Shown here: piece by piece, positions 37,442-50,959 of the stretch
Layout of the letters: each line of letters starts with the position of its first letter
Numbering within the stretch: position 1 is the stretch's first letter
Assembly: GCF_001447785.1 (NCBI RefSeq)
Contig: NW_015173707.1
Span: 6,110 to 70,109 of the forward strand
Length of the DNA: 64,000 bases
Origin: Gekko japonicus
Taxonomy: Eukaryota
Reading direction: 5' to 3'
Program-made: the position numbers and the translations under genes
Notes under the pieces: generated by a model
The model's input: only the letters and a program-made list of their open reading frames with translations
Databases searched by the model: none
Told to the model about the DNA's origin: nothing

Positions 37442-37861
37442 AGTGTAAAAACTTTATAGCAAGCTGAAGCAAGAAACGTCAATTTATTGCCTGGCTGCAG
37501 ATTTTGACGAAGAGAATTGGACACTTTTATTAGCAGCAAACTCAGGACTAGTGACAACCGAAAGGTTGTACTTTGTATTTTATTAAAGTGTAAACATTAC
37601 AAAACTAGGATAATTTTAAAAAAATATTTTTATAAACATTTTATGTATTACCTAGTTTAGTCATGTTTACATGCAGCAGAATTGTTCATAGTGGACTGTC
37701 AACTAGTGCAAGAGCTGTGGTCGCCTTAAAGTATATTTTGAAGTTCACAATGCAGCAATATACCGAGACCAGTGACTGTTGCTCCTGGTGACAGATAATA
37801 TGTATGACAGTGAACGCATCAAATGTTCAAGAAGGGCTTGTACATCAATAAAGGCATTCTA

Positions 37862-38092
37862 CCCTGACCTGGATAGCCCAGGCAAGCCCGATCCCGTCAG
37901 ATCTCGGAAGCTCAGCAGGGCCAACCCTGGCAAGTACTTGGAAGGGAGACCTCCCAGGAATACCAGGGCTGAGACACAGAGGCAGACAATAGCAAGCCAC
38001 CTCTCTGAAACATCCAAGACCCACTAGGGGTCACCAGGTCAACCATAAATCCCAGACATATGCCCACAAATACCCCCCCAAAAAAAGAAAGA
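37862..38092 (+). mobile_element. 5S rRNA-derived SINE with 12-bp TSD in the ESCO1 3' region
   Basis: gcccgatcccgtcagatctcggaagctcagcaggg...agtacttggaagggagacc...ggaatacc resembles 5S rRNA. It has an A-rich tail and TSD AAAGGCATTCTA at 37850-37861 and 38093-38104. Confidence 0.88.
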
Positions 38093-39139
38093 AAAGGCAT
38101 TCTATAGCAAGATACTATTTTAAGTTTCAATAATTATTTTGAACTTTGCTGTTCAGAATGCTATTTTCAGTGTCTTCAGCAGTAGCACACTGGGTATGGA
38201 TCTTCATTAGTGGACTTCATTTTGATACTTTAATCTGAAACCCTCCACTTTCAGAGGGAGCATAGATGTTGAAATACTATTGTGGCCTTTCTTGACCTGT
38301 ACATAATGTAGATGAAATAAACTATTTGATAACCTTAAATGATGTACTAATACTAAATGCATTTAAGCATTTCCTTTGATATGGTTGAATATTAAAAGTT
38401 GATTGAAATACTAATCTGATTTTTATAGCAAAGTGATGATTTTGTGTGATCCAAGTACACTAATATTATCACTGGAAACATTTGCTATGTAAGATGGACC
38501 TTGCTGGACAAGATCAAAGACCTGCCTAGTACAATATACAAAAATGCAAAGAGCACACACTAATAATGCCGGTGCTGCAATTTTTTGTTATATATATAAA
38601 AACAAACTTCAGTTAACTGAACTGTTAATCTTGCAAATCAACAGTGAGTGAGCACCTTGGCCCTTTCTGTAAATGCCTTGTTGTTGGGAAATGAAGCATC
38701 ACAATTTCGTTGGAATTTGATGTGGGGGAGATGGGTTCAGTCTCGTATACTAGGCTGCTCTAGAAAAATGGAATAAACTTCTCATCTCCTCCACGTTATT
38801 TGTGGCTGAAAAGATGCACAGTACACCCAAGGAGGGTTGTTAGTGGTATAAGACGCAGCAGTGAGATGCTATTTTCACTTGTTTGTTTAGAGAAGGAAAA
38901 GCCATTTTCCCCTCTCATATAGAAGAAATGAGATGTAGCTTCTCCCTTCATTTCTGCATAAACTTAGCTGATAGAGAAGAACCTACTCTTCCTTTCTTCC
39001 TCTGGGAACTTGCATAAAGAAAAGGGTGGTGGTGTTTTTTTTCTTTCCACAGAAGTATTGTAGGAATTTCTCTCCTGCACAGGAATTAATGGAGGCAAAA
39101 CTTGGTTATCCTTGGGTGGGGCTGCATCTTTTACATACT

Positions 39140-39270
39140 CTTGAAAGGGCAGTTCTCTCAGCCCCACCTACCTCACAGGGTGTCTGTTGGGAGGGGAGGG
39201 GAATGGAGTTTGTGAGCCACTCTGAGACTCCAAGTGAAGGGCGTGGTATAAATCCAATTTCTTCTTCTTG
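39140..39270 (+). mobile_element. Squam3-like SINE, 3' half
   Basis: ctctcagccccacctacctcacagggtgtctgttgg...ggtataaatccaatttcttcttctt is the reverse complement of the family at 53445. Confidence 0.75.
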
Positions 39271-39415
39271 CTGACCTATTTTGAGCTCTCTAAAATGGAG
39301 CTCTGATTGACTGTTCTATTCTGCAGTACTGTAGTACACAGTGGCTTTTAATTATCCTAAGAGCAGGGTCTGCTAGTGTCCTCGGGTAGATGGTGGGATA
39401 ATGATACCATTATGC

Positions 39416-39545
39416 AGGGGTCTTGTTGTAGAAAAAGAGCTGCCGGAGCTCATTAGCATAACTCATTAGCATAACTTATTTGCATATGCCACGCCCCCTG
39501 ACATCACCAGAAGTTACAGAAGGCCACACCCCCTGACATCATACC
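39416..39545. mobile_element. hAT MITE terminal fragment, same family as the right end of 31785-34710
   Basis: caggggtcttgttgtagaaaaagagctg...ctcattagcataactcattagcata...gccacgccccctgacatcacc. Confidence 0.7.
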
Positions 39546-42500
39546 ACTATGTAATTGCCAAAGAAAATGTCAGAATTTCCTAACCTGGTTATATTAAAAA
39601 ATCAAACCAGCAGCAGCCATGGGTAATATTTGTCACTGGATATTGCCACTTCAAACTGAAAGGGTTTCTAATTAACTGGGTTTTCTAGCAAACCTGGCAG
39701 TAACCCTAAGCTTGTGGAAAGATGTCTTTTCTTTCTGTATGTCTTTGATCTAGATTTAAGTAGCCAAAGATGGGTCCATATCCAGAACTAGATATGTTGA
39801 GAAGCCCATATGGCAAAGCTCAGCTGGATCCAGTGGAACATACTGAATGTTCCATTGGAATGAAAAACTTACATGAATTGGATGCAGTTTTCACCAGCCC
39901 ACCCTCCCCATTTTCTTTTCACTGTACTGAAATTTGGGATAACTATACTGTAGCAGAAGCGTTTAAAACCACAAATAACAAAATGGTTAACATAACATAA
40001 TTGGAGTTTGAAGAGAACTGGTGTTTTGCAGTGGTGTTTATAAACTTGATACAGAGCAACACTTTATAACTCCTCAAAAAACAGAATACACTCTTGAATA
40101 GTAATGTGATAACATTCATTGGATTTAATGAAAGAACATTATAAACATACTATAGCCACAATCGCAGACATCTTCAGTTCAAACAATAAAATGTGAGGTA
40201 GACTGACTAGTGAAGCTAAATTCACCAAGTTTTGGTTAAGAGAATTTTTACATTAAGGACTGCTTAAAACCTGATTCACTTCTTACGTGAAGAGCATCTC
40301 ACTGCTGGGGGGAAAATGCATCATAGAGGAAGGCTGCACATGTATTTGATATGCATACATCCTCAGGGAAGCTGCAGCCAGTTTTGCCTGGAACAAAGCA
40401 GATGGCTGCGTGATGACTAGTGATTCATACGGTTTGCACGCCTTCCCTGGAGAGAATGGTTTTGTGTGCAAGAAGATGGTCAAGTGTGAAGCAGCCCTAA
40501 GAAAGCAACATTAAACCTCTTTTCAGAGGTCGCATATGTTATAGACATACAAGTGATTTGATTCTAAGTATAGATTACATTCAGTATCAACCTGTGACCT
40601 CTTCAAGAACAAGCCTACAGGTAAAATAATGCTGGCCTGTTTAATACATTCATGTCATTGCCTTGCTTGCAAGACCTTTAACCAAAATAATAAAAAGATA
40701 TCCATTTGGTATTATCATATTCTGGTCCTTTCTCATTTCAGGTTAGTGAACTGTATTGTTAAAAGCATGTGGACCCTTCTGAATTTGTTGAGACTTTACC
40801 AATACAGGCTTCATCTTTGCCTCAGTGATCATTGTTTCAAATTGTTCTTGTGTGATGTAGAAGGCAGGCGTATCTAAGGTTCTTCCACACAATCATATAA
40901 AAAGTAATACTAAGTGGAGCTCCTGGGCTGAAAATGCACATTCCTACACAAATCCGTGAACAGGAAGTATACTAGCAGAAACCTGCCAAGTAATTATTTT
41001 TTCATTGCACGTAGTATAAACACCCGAAGGTGCAGTGGTCAGAGTTTCAGACTATGATCTGGGAAATCCAGGTTCAAATCTCGCTTTCTCACGGAAGCCG
41101 GCTGGGTGACCTTGAGCTGGTCGTACAGCCTAACCTACCTCCGCGGGTGGTTCTGAGGATAAAGTGGAGGAGAGAATGAGCAAACCACTTTAGATCCCCA
41201 CTGGGTAGGAAGGCAGGGTATAAGTGAAGTAAATAAATAAATTATACCAAGTCAAACAATTGGTCCATTTCGCTCAGTGCTGTCTCCTCTGATGGCTGGT
41301 GGTGTCCAGGATCTCAGAAAGAATAATTTCCCAACATCTTCTACTTAAAATTCCTCAACTAGAGATGTCAGCAGTTGAACCTGGGGCATCCTGTTTCCAA
41401 AACATGTACTCGCTCACTGAGCTGTATAATAAAAACACGAGCATGCTCACAAAATGGTCCCTCAAATAAAGGTTAAGGACTGAGTGAAGGAATTGTGCAA
41501 CTTTCTTTCAGAAATTAGATCACAGCTTACACTAATGCTTGTGGTACCCCTGCAATCACATATTTACAAAAAATTAAAATGCACGACTTAGAAGATGTAT
41601 TACATTTTTCTATGTACAGAATATAGTGCTTGCTCAAAAGCTGATTCAAAAGCATTCATTTCAGGGAAGATGTGCAAACTGTCTACTAAAAAGTTAGTCC
41701 CCCAAACCCCTGATTGTGTGAAAAGGACCTTAGTTTAGTACATAGCCTATCACTATTTTTGTACCTTTTGGCCAAGGGTCTATAAGTCTCAGCACCTGAA
41801 ATTTTAAGAACTTAGTGCAAACATCAAATATACAAGATTTTGAAAGTTTTATATTTGCAATAAAATGGCAACTCTTTGGAAACTTTCACAGATTAAAATC
41901 ACGTTATGCAGGTATTAAGGTCAACCAACATAATTTGGAGGGAAAAAAAACCCTAGTTATCCCTAGAACACCAGTATTCATCAAGCATCTTGTAGACTGC
42001 CCAGTGAACACCCAGGCTTTATAACTAATTGTAGCTCTTACATAGCTTCTACCAAATAAAAATTAAGGTATTCTTTAAAGAATAAGGCAGATTCTGTATG
42101 GGTACCAAAAAACCCCCCAAATAACCTACACTAAAGTAAACAATTGTTCATTTGAAATATGCTACATTTACAGCATTATACTTAAGATATAATCAACAGG
42201 TATGAAAATCATTATTATTTTCCTTTTCAACTTCAATATATTATGTTTTTCATTATTTGTAAACAGCTCTTTCAGAAAGTAAAAAAGTTGCATGATTAAC
42301 ACTTTGTTCTGAAATGCAGTTTTGGCAGGTGCTTCTTAAGTTGCAGGTATACATTATCTGTATAGATCATATTAAATGTGATGCACTGGATGAATAACTA
42401 CTTTCACAAAACAGCTTGCACACCTTAAATATCTGAAAAAAATTATGTATGGTGTGAGGAAGAACTATTAATAAAGTATGGGATAAGCATCAGAGAAGCC

Positions 42501-42731
42501 AGAATGATCTGATTAATAGAGTGTGGTGGGATGCAAGTAAACACCATCTAAATATTAACTGCAATATGAAGACCAGATTGTACTTAACTGATTTCATCTC
42601 AGCATATTTTTGCACCAAATATTGGTGCAAATGAACATAGAGCATTACATGGCTTTTGGGTTTTGGTGCAAAGAAGTTCATTCTGGAACAATTCAATGCC
42701 TGCTTAAGCTACATGACATTAAAATCACCTA

Positions 42732-42868
42732 CCGTGTTTTCCCGAAAATAAGACACTGTCTTATATTTATTTTTTCTCAAGAAAACACACTAGGGCCTAT
42801 ACCACAAATGCATAGAAATCCTGCTAGGGCTTATTTTTGGGGTAGGTCTTATTTTCGGGAAAACAGGG
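42732..42868. mobile_element. Tc1/mariner-superfamily (pogo/Tigger-like) MITE, 137 bp
   Basis: TIRs ccgtgttttcccgaaaataagac and gtcttattttcgggaaaacaggg, flanked by TA on both sides (42730-42731 and 42869-42870). Confidence 0.88.
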
Positions 42869-45218
42869 TATTTCTGAACCAGGCCATAAAGCATGGATTA
42901 AAAAATCTGCAAACTGGAGCCAGGGACAGACAGGCGAGATTTCTCTGCAAACCTAAAGGAAGCCCCAGCTTTGCAGAAAAAAATCTGCAATCTTAAAAAA
43001 AAAAAGGAAGGGGGATTAGAACACAAAATAATAGAAAAACACCTCTAGCTTTAAGAAAAATGCCTACTAAGTCTAGTTTCTGAGATCTCAGTGGTCACTT
43101 TGGGAGTGCCTAGGCAGCCACAACAATATTGTCTAATCTCCCAAACCCTGGAATCTGTAAAGCAAAGTTGTAAGGGGGGAGCAGGGCTGGACTGGGAGGC
43201 CAACAGCCTTAGATGAGCTCCTATCCCTTTCCCTATCATGTCTCAGATGGAGGAGAACTCATTGGGGACAGGCCTGGTAGCAACTACAGAAAATACTACC
43301 CACACAACGTCTCTAGGCCCAGTGGCTGCTGGGAAAGGAGGAAGGGAAGCTGAAAATGAGGGAGCAGATAAAGGCATGGTGGGTGGGTGAGTTGGAAGGA
43401 AGGAAGCAGGAATAGGAGAGATGCTTTGGCGGCTGCTGGGAGAGAGAATAGCGGGGGGGGGACATACAGGGAAAATGAAATGCCCCCCACAAGTCCTTGC
43501 AGGTTCCCTGCTTATATTTCTATAATGCAAATAAAATCCAAGCTGTTGACTTAGTGAAACATAAGCATATTGCTTGCATGCAAAGGAGTCCCACTAAGAT
43601 CAGTAAAGTCCTGTTTTCTCCATTCCCCCACCCATGCAAGCATGTGCAAGCATCGTAAGAGGGCACCGCAGGGGTCTATGTATGCCTTCAGCATGCCCAT
43701 TGAGTCCTACTTCTGTGTGCAATGCATTTCACTTGTGCAAGTTGAGACCAATCTCTACAATGCCATGTTGTCCTGCCTCCATGAATGCCCATAAATTCAT
43801 GGTGGTGCTGGTGGGTAGAAGATGAAAAAAACCAGAAATCTATTGAGACCAGTAAACTCTTCCACACAGAGGTGCTGTGCCTATTCAAATAGACTGAGCC
43901 TTAGTATTTAAAATGGCCAACTTTTTTCTGGTATATAAACAGTTTTATAAAGCAAGGGTTCCTGAGGTGGGTCCCAATCCAAACAATTGATTTTCAAGGA
44001 TGTTCATTAACTCTCATTGCTTGGGGCTTAATTTGGATTATTCTATAGTCTGGTTTTTTTCCTTCATGGGACACGAATAGCTCAGTGAAAGTACAAAACA
44101 ACAACTACTCTGAGAAACAAGAGAATGCTGGTGCAAATGAAAGGCACCCATTGCAAAAATAATTCAGGCGATTTCTGCTGTGTAAAACAAACTAGAAGAC
44201 TGATTACTTTAAGACACCTCTGCTTGTACTAAAGACTGGAATAGTTTCAGTGAAGTTTAAATACACTGTGGAGACTATGCATATTTAGGCTGTCTAATCA
44301 GATACTTTTAGAAACAGGTATCTGCGTGGTGCTTAGTTTGTTGTTGAATCCAATTTCATATGTGTTGCAAAGGGGGGGGGGAGACGATCTCTTATTGAGG
44401 AGAGAAGCTGGTTCAACAACCCCTTCCCTCCAAATGTAGACTATCTGAATGGAGAGAAGCTGGTTCAACAACCCCTTCCCTATCTGAATGTGAATCTGTG
44501 GATTCAGGCCAATAACTGAAACACAAGTGGGTGTAACAAACCTTTTCCAACAAACCTGCATGTGTGCATGATGCCTGCCATACATACATTCATTAATTTG
44601 TTCAGGCTTATGAAGTAAACTTTTAAACTTCTGTGGAAATTTTGCCAAAACAGTGTCAATACATATAAAATTACAAACCTTAAGCTAACACTGAACAGAA
44701 AGTGAACAAAGATTACATTTTTAACACAAATATCTATGTTTGTCATTTCAAACCCCTGAGTTACGCCGTACCAAAAGTACAGAATTGAAGAGAAATGAAC
44801 AGCATTCCTCAGCATATTATCTTCAAATAATTCCACATCCTCAGTGTGAATTTCATGTAACACATTCAAGATGACTGGTGCCAAAAATCATTTTTCTCCT
44901 GTTTAGCATAGTATGAAGAGACCAGGAGAGCTTGTCATCCACCAAAACGTTGTTCTCCATACCATGGGTCACAACATGTATGCCTCTGTGTTAGCTTCTG
45001 TAACAGTGCCCCATTAGGAATTAACTTGAATCAACATGTTCTTTCAATCACAAAAGAACAGAAAAACATGTAAAGATTTTTGGCAAATCCTCAGAGTAGT
45101 GAAGATAAATATTGGTTGCACTTTGCTCCACAGTGATTGTACTTTAAATGAAAGAAGGAAAATGACACAATACAATTTGTCATGCTCTCTTCTTCTCCTC
45201 CTTTGTCATTTTGTTTCT

Positions 45219-45383
<165 letters not shown>

Positions 45384-45962
45384 TTAGGTTAAAGAACAAA
45401 TCACAAAAGTTTAGAGTGCCATAGGTCTTTCATATTGTTAATTTGTTGAAATCTCTCCCCATTGCTTAGAATAATTTCCCATACTGAGTTACTGTAGTGC
45501 TCAATTTGCACTACTACAACATGCTATTGCTCCTAAACACAGAATCTGCTCTCATTTCCAAGCATAATTCATGGACCATTTTATCTAACATTAAACTATC
45601 CCCCATTATGAGGATAACAAGATAGCAGTCATTAAGGGTTAGACAATGCATTTAAGTTTAAGTGGCTTTGAGTACATATACAATAGCAGCGTGCACTGTG
45701 CTTAACGGAGACATCACACGGCTGAGTGTCTGGGATGGATTTGGCCTTCAGCATCCCACCAGCTTATTGGGCACCAGCTACCATGATGTAAATTTTAAAG
45801 GCGCTAAAGAAATAAGGAAGAAGGTAGTGGTTTCCATTACCATTGCTGTTTCTTTGTTGATGTTGTGACTGTTAATAGTTTATATATGTGTTGCCCATAC
45901 TAGCCTAGTCAACCCTATTAGAAAACCATCATATCTTATCAAATGAAAGCACAAAAGGTTTA

Positions 45963-46109
<147 letters not shown>

Positions 46110-46926
46110 CTAAACAAACAATAAAGGGGGGGGGGGAAAATAACCTTATTTACATTGTAGTTTTTTGTCTTTCAATGTTCTTAATCCTTTAAGGCACACA
46201 ATTGAGAGATACTGTTCATAATGCCTACTGTTCATTTTAAAAAATAGTCATTTTCCTAACAAAATAAATTTGTCCTATACAGTAAGTGTCCATGCTGTGA
46301 AAGTAGCAATTAATAATAATGAATTAATTAATTGTAGGAACCTAAATAATAATATGAATGTGACTTTAAAAACTGAGGGAAAATTAATTATAACAATGGA
46401 TACATTCAACAAAAGGAGTGCTAGCAATACAATAATATAGAAGGCTGATACAGTAAATTCAGAGAAATCAGAAGGAAGAAAACAAAGAAGCATGCAGGGA
46501 TGTATCAACAAAACATGTTCACATAAAAACGATGGAAGAAGAAAAATTCAAGTCAAGTAAAAAAATAGCATTCCAGTAAAGTTATCAGCAATTCATAACT
46601 AGCCACAACAAAATTACATAAGGATTGTAGAAAAGCAAATCTAAGTGGAAAATATGAGAATAAACATTTGAAACAATATTGTCACAGATAGCTTATGAAG
46701 TAAACCCAGAGAAACCATTAAAATTGAATAAATGTTACAAGAGGTGAGAGAAAGAATTTATTGGATGACTACTAAAAATTTCATGGGTAATAAAAATAAT
46801 TCTTCACAAACGGAAACTAAGGACTCATGTAAAATCAATATACAGTTGTCTTGTCATGTTCACAAGGAGTGAGGGATAAGAAGCAGATTTTTTTTTTAGA
46901 AGATCTGATTATTTGTAAGAATTCTA

Positions 46927-47136
<210 letters not shown>

Positions 47137-47269
47137 CTACAGAGAAAACAATAGGCAAAAATACAAAGTAAGAAGTAACATTCTAATCACCACAAAGCAA
47201 CAACAACTTTTACACACGACAACAGTAAGAAAAACAATAGCATTTCAGAAAAAAGAATGTCAGTCTTTG

Positions 47270-48600
47270 GAATCATGGAATCATAAAGTTGGAAGGGACC
47301 TCCAGGGTCATCTAGTCCAACCCCCTGCACAATGAAGGAAATTCACAAATACCTCCACCCCCCACACCCCCAGTGACCCCTGTTCCATACCCAGAAGATT
47401 ATAAAAAAATCCAGGATACCTGGCCAAACTGGCCTGGAGAAAAATTGTTTCCTGATCCCAAAGTGGAAATCAACATTTCCCTGGGTGTGTAAGAAAGGAT
47501 CGTGAGAGCTAAGCACTGCGGCAACCCTTCCTGCCCTCCCTCCCTAGCCATCTAGCCTCTGTTTGAAAACCTCCAAAAAAGGAGAGCCCACCACCTCCCG
47601 AGGAAGCCTGTTCCAGAGAGTCCACCATCTCCCGAGGAAGCCTGCTCCACTGAGCAACCGCTCTAACAGTCAGGAAGTTCTTCCTAATGTTTAGCCAAAA
47701 ACTCTTATGATTTAATTTCAACCTGTTGGTTCCGGGGCAACAGAAAACAACTATGCACCATTCTCTACATGACAGCTCTTCAAGTACTTGAAGTTGGTTA
47801 TCATATCACCTCTCAGTCGTCTCCTCTCCAGGCCAAACATACCCAGCTCCTTCAAACTCTGCTCATAGGACTTGGTCTCCAGACCCCTCATCATCTTCAT
47901 TGCCCTCCTCTGGACACGTTCCAGCTTGTCTATATCCTTCATAAATTGTTAGGTGAGGTCTAACCACAGCAGAGTAAAGTGATAATCACTTCACGTGATC
48001 TGGACACTATACTTCTGTTGATACAGCCCAAAATCACATTTGCCTTTTTAGCTACTGCATCACACTGCTGACTCATGTTCAGTGCATGGTCTACTAAGTC
48101 CCCTAGATCCTTTTCACACATACTGCTGCCAAGACAAGTCTCCCCCATCCTATAATTATGCATTTTTTTCCTACCTAAATGCAGAACTTTACATTTATCC
48201 CCATTGAAATTCATTTTATTTGTTTTAGCTCATTTTTCCAGCCTGTCAAGATCATCCTGTATCCTGACACTGTCTCCTACCATATTTGCTATTCCTCCAA
48301 ATTTAGTATCATCTGCAAATTTAATAAGCATTCCCTCTATTCCTTCATCCAAACCTTTTATAAAGATGCTGAACAAAACAGATCCCAGGACAAATCCTTG
48401 AGGCACTCCACTTGTTACTCCTCTTCACGAGGATGAGGAACCATTAACAAGCACTCTTTGGGTGCAATCTGTCAACCAGTTACAGATCCACCTACCAGTA
48501 ATAGGATCCAAACCATATTTTACCAATTTGTCTACAAGAATATTATGTGGAACCTTATCAAAAGCCTTACTGAAATCAAGATAATCTATGTCTACAGCAC
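47270..48600 (-). mobile_element. CR1 LINE, 5'-truncated and decayed
   Basis: Minus-strand ORF fragments FNGDKCKVLHLGRK..., [20 protein letters not shown] and IRKNFLTVRAV, with the reverse-complemented tail gaatcatggaatcat at 47270. Confidence 0.92.
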
Positions 48601-48682
48601 AGACTTCTTTTGTTTTAAGAAAAACAGGGTGGACCTCTCCCCATGTTGTTCTGCCTCAGAACATCTCAAATGCAGGTGCTAA

Positions 48683-49027
48683 AGCCCACGGTGGCTCAGA
48701 GGTTAAGATGCTAAGCTGCAGACTGGAAGGTCTGTATTTCAGCAGTTCGATACCCTAGTGCTGTGTGATGGAATGAGCTCCCGTCTTTGGCCCCAGCTCC
48801 TGCCAACCTAGCAGTTCGAAAGCAAGAAATTGCAAGTAGATAAAGAAATACCATTTTGGTGGGAAAGTAACAGCATTCCGTGCGCCTCGGTGTTTAGTCA
48901 TGCCGGCCATATGGCCACAGAAATGTCTTTGGACAGCGCTGGTTCTTCAGCTTGGAAGCGGAGATGAGCACTGCCCCCTAGAGTCAGATTCAACTGACTT
49001 TCAAGCAAGATAAACCTTTACCTTTTT
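48683..49027 (+). mobile_element. Sauria SINE (diverged copy)
   Basis: Colinear with 13202-13541 and ends aacctttacctttt. Confidence 0.85.
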
Positions 49028-49336
49028 ATAGATGGAACACTATGTCCGGGGCAGAGATGCTCTGTATTCTTGGTGCTTGGGGAGCAACAGTGGGAGGGCT
49101 TCTGGAGTTCTGGCCCAACTGGTGAACCTCCTGATGACACCTGTGTTTTGGCCACTGTGTGACACATAGTGGTGAACTGGATGGGCCATTGGCCTGATCC
49201 AGCATGGGTTATGTTTTTATGTTCTAATGTGTGCCATCACTGGATCACTATGATGTACTGCTATTTTTCTATAAGGTGGGGCTCTGTAAGGAGCTACTGG
49301 TTAAGGAGATGTGCCTGTCTATGCTTCTGCTAAGTA

Positions 49337-50450
49337 CTGGTCAGGGTCTTCTCCAGTGATTGCTCCCTTCTCATTTGGTGGCCAAAGTATTTGAGCTTCA
49401 GCTTCAGTATCTGGCCTTCCAGGGAACAGTCAGGGTTGATTTCTTTTAGGNNNNNNNNNNNNNNNNNNNNNNNNNNNNNNNNNNNNNNNNNNNNNNNNNN
49501 NNNNNNNNNNNNNNNNNNNNNNNNNNNNNNNNNNNNNNNNNNNNNNNNNNNNNNNNNNNNNNNNNNNNNNNNNNNNNNNNNNNNNNNNNNNNNNNNNNNN
49601 NNNNNNNNNNNNNNNNNNNNNNNNNNNNNNNNNNNNNNNNNNNNNNNNNNNNNNNNNNNNNNNNNNNNNNNNNNNNNNNNNNNNNNNNNNNNNNNNNNNN
49701 NNNNNNNNNNNNNNNNNNNNNNNNNNNNNNNNNNNNNNNNNNNNNNNNNNNNNNNNNNNCAATATTGTTCTTTGCAGCATTGGACTTTCCTTTCACCATC
49801 AGACACATCCACAGCTGAGCATTCTTTTGGCTTTGGCCCAGCAGCTTCACTCTTTCTGGGGTTACTTGTACTTGCCCTCTGCTCTTTCCCAGTAGCATAT
49901 TGGACACCTTCTGTCCTGAGAGGCTCATCTTCCGGCATCATATCTTTTAGCCTTTTGTTCCTATCCATGGGGTTTTCTTGGCAAAGATACTGGAATGGGT
50001 TGCCATTTCCTTCTCCAGTGGATCACATTTTGTCTGAGTTCTCCACTGTGGCCTGTCAGTCCTGGGTGGTCCTCCACGGCATAGCCCAGAGCCTCATCAA
50101 ACCACGCAAGTGTCCGCTATGCTGCCATGGGGGTTGGGGAGTTAATTCTGTGTCTTGGTAATTCCTATTGCATTCCTCTCCCTGCTGTTCCCAGCTTTAG
50201 CCACCTAACGGTTTCCTAACTTATCCCACGTGCGGGAGGGTACCTAATTGGCCCATGCCATGGGGGGGGTGCATACGAATACCCTATATCCTATTAGGCT
50301 CTATTGGATGCCACCATTCTTAACAGTGCCTGTGTTACTGCATCTATAGCTTTGCAATAAAAGTATAACCGTTCCTGAATGTGTGTACTTCGTTGTTAGC
50401 TGTGGGCTCTGACAGCAAGCCCCCTCGCCACATCAAGGCAGCGATCCATG
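49337..50450 (-). mobile_element. BovB/RTE LINE fragments spanning an N gap, interrupted by a solo LTR
   Basis: Minus-strand LKEINPDCSLEGQILKLKLKYFGHQMRREQSLEKTL (RTE C-terminus) and GVQYATGKEQR...GERKVQCCKEQY (BovB 5' region), plus gcaaagatactggaatgggttgccatttccttctcca. Confidence 0.85.
50111..50414 (+). mobile_element. Solo LTR (304 bp) with 5-bp TSD
   Basis: TGTC...GACA termini, GCAAG at 50106-50110 and 50415-50419, internal AATAAA near 50356. BovB sequence resumes after it. Confidence 0.8.
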
Positions 50451-50666
50451 AGAGAGAGGGATCTGGGCTTTGTTGTTAGTAATGCTGTCTAAGGCTTATT
50501 TGACTTAACACTCCAGGATGTCTGGCAACATCAAGGCAGCGATCCATGAGAGAGAGGGATCTGGTAGCTTGTAATAAAAGTACCAGCTACATAGAACAAA
50601 CTAATGGAGCGAGGGCCTGGTGGTCCTGTGAGCCCAAGGAAGCAAGAGAAGGCCAGAGCCAATACT

Positions 50667-50959
50667 TTTGTTGTTGAGGGGTTTTGTTTTGATTTTTTTG
50701 TTTTGGTATGTTTGCATCTGAATTTGTGTGTATGTGTGCATGCGTGTGTGTGCCCATGCCTGCAAGTTATGGCAACCTCTGGCAACTCCTACTCAGGCAT
50801 GGAGGACATGCAGAGAAGTGGCTTGGTAGCCTGCCTCTGCCTCCCAACCCTGGTATTCTTTGGAGGTCTCCCATCCAAATACTTGCCAGAGTTGGCCCTG
50901 CTTAGCTTCCAAGATCGGGCTTGCCTGGACTATCCAGGCCAGGGCACCAGGCCAGGGCA
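50667..50959 (-). mobile_element. 5S rRNA-derived SINE with 14-bp TSD
   Basis: ggtctcccatccaaatact...ccctgcttagcttccaagatcgggc is antisense 5S-like sequence with a T-rich tail on the left. TSD CCAGAGCCAATACT at 50653-50666 and 50960-50973. Confidence 0.85.

Noticed and set aside
37880-37975. 5S rRNA gene
   Set aside because: It lacks the 5S 5' end, is diverged, and is fused to an unrelated body with an A tail and TSD, so it is a SINE rather than an rRNA gene.
44398-44482. 31-bp direct repeat downstream of the GREB1L stop, and other short tandem pairs (7705-7738, 27930-27972, 59508-59555)
   Set aside because: Two-copy slippage duplications with no spacer array; not CRISPR-like and no sign of function.
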